In this document: positions 60,632 through 64,000 of the stretch, one piece after another
Numbering within the stretch: the stretch's first letter is position 1
How the letters are laid out: every line of letters starts with the position of its first letter
Assembly: GCA_002633005.1 (NCBI GenBank)
Contig: NMRA01000012.1
Span: 400,487 to 464,486, forward strand
Source: Phoronis australis
Taxonomy: Eukaryota; Animalia; Phoronida
Direction: 5' to 3'
Length of the DNA: 64,000 nt
The notes under the pieces: generated by a model
Databases searched by the model: none
What the model saw: the letters and a program-made list of their open reading frames with translations, nothing else
What the model was told of the DNA's origin: nothing
Translations under genes and position numbers: made by a program

Positions 60632-62713
60632 CCAGCAGTAACATGAATTTCCTGGATGGCTCGAGACCTACATTTTCTTAATAGTAAATGCCCTAAATTA
60701 GAAGTTGCTGTTTTGGCCAAAGGTGCTGGTTTATTGCCCCTTAAGAGTTGTCAGCTAGCTTTCTGGTAAGAAAATAGAACTGAAATGCTGGTTATTGAAT
60801 TTAATTTGCATATTTAACCAAATAATATATACAGTAGTTCTCCACTAATGTAGCACACAACATGGCCAACTGGTGAAATTCTTTACAATTAAATTTCTCC
60901 CCAAAAATAAACATTAAGAAAAATAAAGTCTATTACTAGAATGGCTATGTACTGTGTAGATGTCACAAGACAACAGTAATCAGCTTTTAAAAAATAAAAA
61001 TGGCCATTTTGGTAATTATGTTTGTTCGAAATAAGTGGAAAATTACCGCTTCAATGTACTTAACATTATCTATATCACCATTTCAACTAACAGTTTTTCT
61101 GTCAATAGAACATGGAATTTAATGGGCTTTATGTCAACATGACTAACGTAATGTTTATCACTGATATAGCAACAGCTGCCAATGACCGGGAAATTACATG
61201 AATTGATACTCGCATAAAATTGATTTTAACACAAAATCTTTGTTTTAAAAGACATATAGCGAATAGCGGTATTCATCAAAGTGTTTTTAGTGCATCACCT
61301 GTCAGGGGATTGTTTTCATTTAAGTTTGGCACAATGCTTCTCCAGTTAGATTATAGACATGAACTTGGAATCTTCAATCTTGTTTGGTTCACGATTCTCA
61401 ATATAGTTTACCACAGTTATCACGTATATTTATAACTCTTGCATTTAAAACAAATGTGTGACGTGATGCTTTTTACTTTTGGCTAATCAAATGTATCTTG
61501 TATGCCTGTAAAAGGTGATATGGTACATACGCACATAGGCGTGTTATCTCACTTCACCACGGAGTGAATCCCCAAGCTGCCACTTAGGCGGTTTGTCTCT
61601 TTGACTGTCCCTGCATTGAATCCCGAGGTGGTTCTGTAATGTAAGACATTTTCGAGGCACTTGAAACCATTCATTTCAGTGGTGGTCATTTTGCTAATCT
61701 ACACTAGTATTGTAATTCTTGATTTGTCTAGCTTACTGACAAATGAAATTCTATTTTGTATTTTTTTTTGCAAAAATCAACTTTGAGAAAATTTAGTCTA
61801 TCACAAGCACGGATTACACTGTGACTAAAGAACTTTTGGTTTGTTCCATCATTTGCAGTAAAGCAATCAGCCATTGGTAAAATGGCAATTTTGGCTCTTA
61901 TTTTTGTGCAAAATAAGTGAAGAATTACTGCATAGAGCTTGCTTGCTATGCTCTTGCCTTTAGCGGGCGTTCATCTCGCCTTTCTCACAAGAATCTAGCT
62001 CTGCACAACCCACCCTCTGCTGCTTGCAATTAGACCATTTGGAGGTCTTAAATAATTGTGGAACAAAATCAACATATTTTTGCTCAAGACATACAGCCTT
62101 GCGCTTGGAAAACCAGCATGTGGTCTACTTGGAAGTACCAGATTAGCACCATGATGCTAAGGGAAGTGTGACAAAAAATACACCTGACTTCATGTCTCTC
62201 AAAAATGGTTTATTAAACTAACTTAAAATAGAAAGCATCACCAGGCACAAGTGCAGGTCTTTTTCTCGTGAAATGTGGTTCATTTCTAGGATGAGTTGAA
62301 ACTGTGGAGATTGGCTGTAATTGCCTTGCAATGATGGGAGTGGAACACCAGTTTTTTGCTTATTGCCAGCCAGAAATTTACCATAAAGTGTCTTTAATCT
62401 GGAGCAAATAAATCTCAATTAACTATACACTGGGTTGCACATTTAGACGCCTGACAGGATTTTCGCTTGATTTGTAAATAATTTTCATAATTTGTTTCAC
62501 TGCCTGAAACTAGTTGTGTGTGTGTGTGGGGGGGGGNATAGCAATACAATACTTATGCAATTGAGAAATTCGACCCCCAAGGCAATACCAAATCAAAACT
62601 TACTCAATTTCAAGACTATATTGACCTTTGACCACCCCCAGTTGCTGCAAAGCAAAGTTACCCATCTGAGACGATACCACAAGGCTAAATTACCTACTGG
62701 AGAAGATGCCTTA

Positions 62714-63218
62714 AGGGCCTTTCATATAAACGTTGATGCGTCGATGGTTTGGGGAGTTGCGGTCAGTATGAACGATTAACTTTGGTCCTGGATCGCAGTT
62801 AACAGCTCATCGCAGTTAATAGGTGGATTTAACAGCGCAGCGTCGACGCTGTGGTGCAGTATGAACAGTCAACTTCGGTCCTATCGAAGTTATTGCCAGG
62901 TGCTACTGTTATCAACAGTTACAGGGTATTGTCGTCGCTAATAGTTGCTTATATTTTGCTCTAATAATCACCAATTGATTTAAAACTAAGTCTTATGTCA
63001 ATTCGCACGTCATGTAAATGTTCCCAAATTGTCACTTTGAAAAAATCTTAGCGTGCAGCATTACCTTGTGATAACTTCGATGACGACAGCTTCACCTACC
63101 GCTTACTTCGAAGTTCATTAACTACCAAAGCCTGGAGTATGAATGGTCCAGTTAACTTCGCTGTTTACTTCGACGCTCCCGGAGCTTGGACCGAAGTTAA
63201 GTCAATATGAGAGGGCCT
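62714..63218 (+). mobile_element. PIF/Harbinger (Tourist-like) MITE, copy 2
   Basis: TTA|AGGGCCTTTCATAT ... ATATGAGAGGGCCT|TTA. Confidence 0.88.
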
Positions 63219-63894
63219 TTAAAAGCAAAATGTTCAACTGAGTTGGCAATCCCTTCTATTGGAAAGCCCCTGTGGGTTTGTGTAGACTTTCGAATTTCTG
63301 TTTTAGGGTGGGTTATTCCGATTTGCCATCATGGGTGTTTCTCAAAGGTATTCTCCTAGGCTTGTTTCAGATTTACATTTGTACAAGTTTGTAAAACTCA
63401 AAATGAATTCACTTACAAGCTCATTCCAAACACTTATTCACAACATTATGTAATTTGTATTCAGATGTGAGACTACCCTTGCAAAAGATAAGAATGTTCC
63501 CATAATTCGCTAAATAATAAAAATGCCCTTGTGTCTATCAAATACAGCTGAGGTCAAAGCAGGATCTAACAATCGAGTGAGCGCATTCAATGAAAATTTA
63601 TGAGATACAGCATTCGTGATCATCCATTTGTCATCATTATGTTATAACATGCAATCATTAATATTGATTTGTAAATGTAATGTTTTATAATACATCAATC
63701 TCTCTTTATTTTGTGTTGAGTATACAACCCCAGTGAGTTATTACAATTAAAAGAAATCTCATGTCTGAGTTTTCGGTCTCTGATTGATAGTTTTTTATCA
63801 TTGTCTTATTACGTTTTACAATGATGTTTTAAAATATATTGTTACAAGCACTCTTATGGCTATGTGTAGTAGTTTATAGCTGTTTTTGCATTTA

Positions 63895-64000
63895 CTAAAG
63901 ATGGCAAACTGGATCAGCACGAGACACTTGCACAAAGACTGTGTGCGCAATATGCTCGCTTAAACAATATAGCAAACGTTCAAAACATGGAATGCCAGTG
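63895..64000 (-). mobile_element. Partial third copy of the 9812/17777 MITE family, running off the window
   Basis: gcaaactggatcagca, taaacaata and tggaatg match 17851-17940. Confidence 0.5.

Noticed and set aside
63465-63505. Acceptor-like ttcAG followed by a short reading frame
   Set aside because: Reaches TAA after 13 codons in phase 1, with no UNC80 similarity and no good donor.

Overview
This is AT-rich eukaryotic (bilaterian invertebrate-like) genomic DNA, not prokaryotic. The whole window lies inside the 5' part of one + strand gene, an UNC80 orthologue (auxiliary subunit of the NALCN sodium-leak channel complex). Three exons join in frame: 2805-2853, 53608-54772 and 57256-57615. The first two are separated by a 50,754-nt intron. 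The first coding exon lies upstream of the window and the rest of the gene downstream. The introns are packed with mostly non-autonomous transposable elements: Tc2/mariner-, Kolobok-, PIF/Harbinger- and hAT-like MITEs, Helentron-associated (HINE/DINE-1-like) elements, a truncated Tx1/L1 LINE, Penelope fragments with hammerhead-ribozyme motifs, and tRNA-derived SINEs. There are also minisatellites and a probable assembly duplication. The most notable observations are HINE elements carrying same-orientation arrays of CTCF-consensus motifs at about 150-bp spacing, a four-level nested transposon stack that can be reconstructed base by base, a Kolobok relic keeping convergent THAP and KolX/P2X7-like ORF stubs, two hAT-like elements with 5-bp target duplications, and a candidate 12-nt UNC80 microexon. 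Almost all short ORFs in the supplied track are spurious. Family assignments rest on remembered motifs and by-eye alignment, not database searches.
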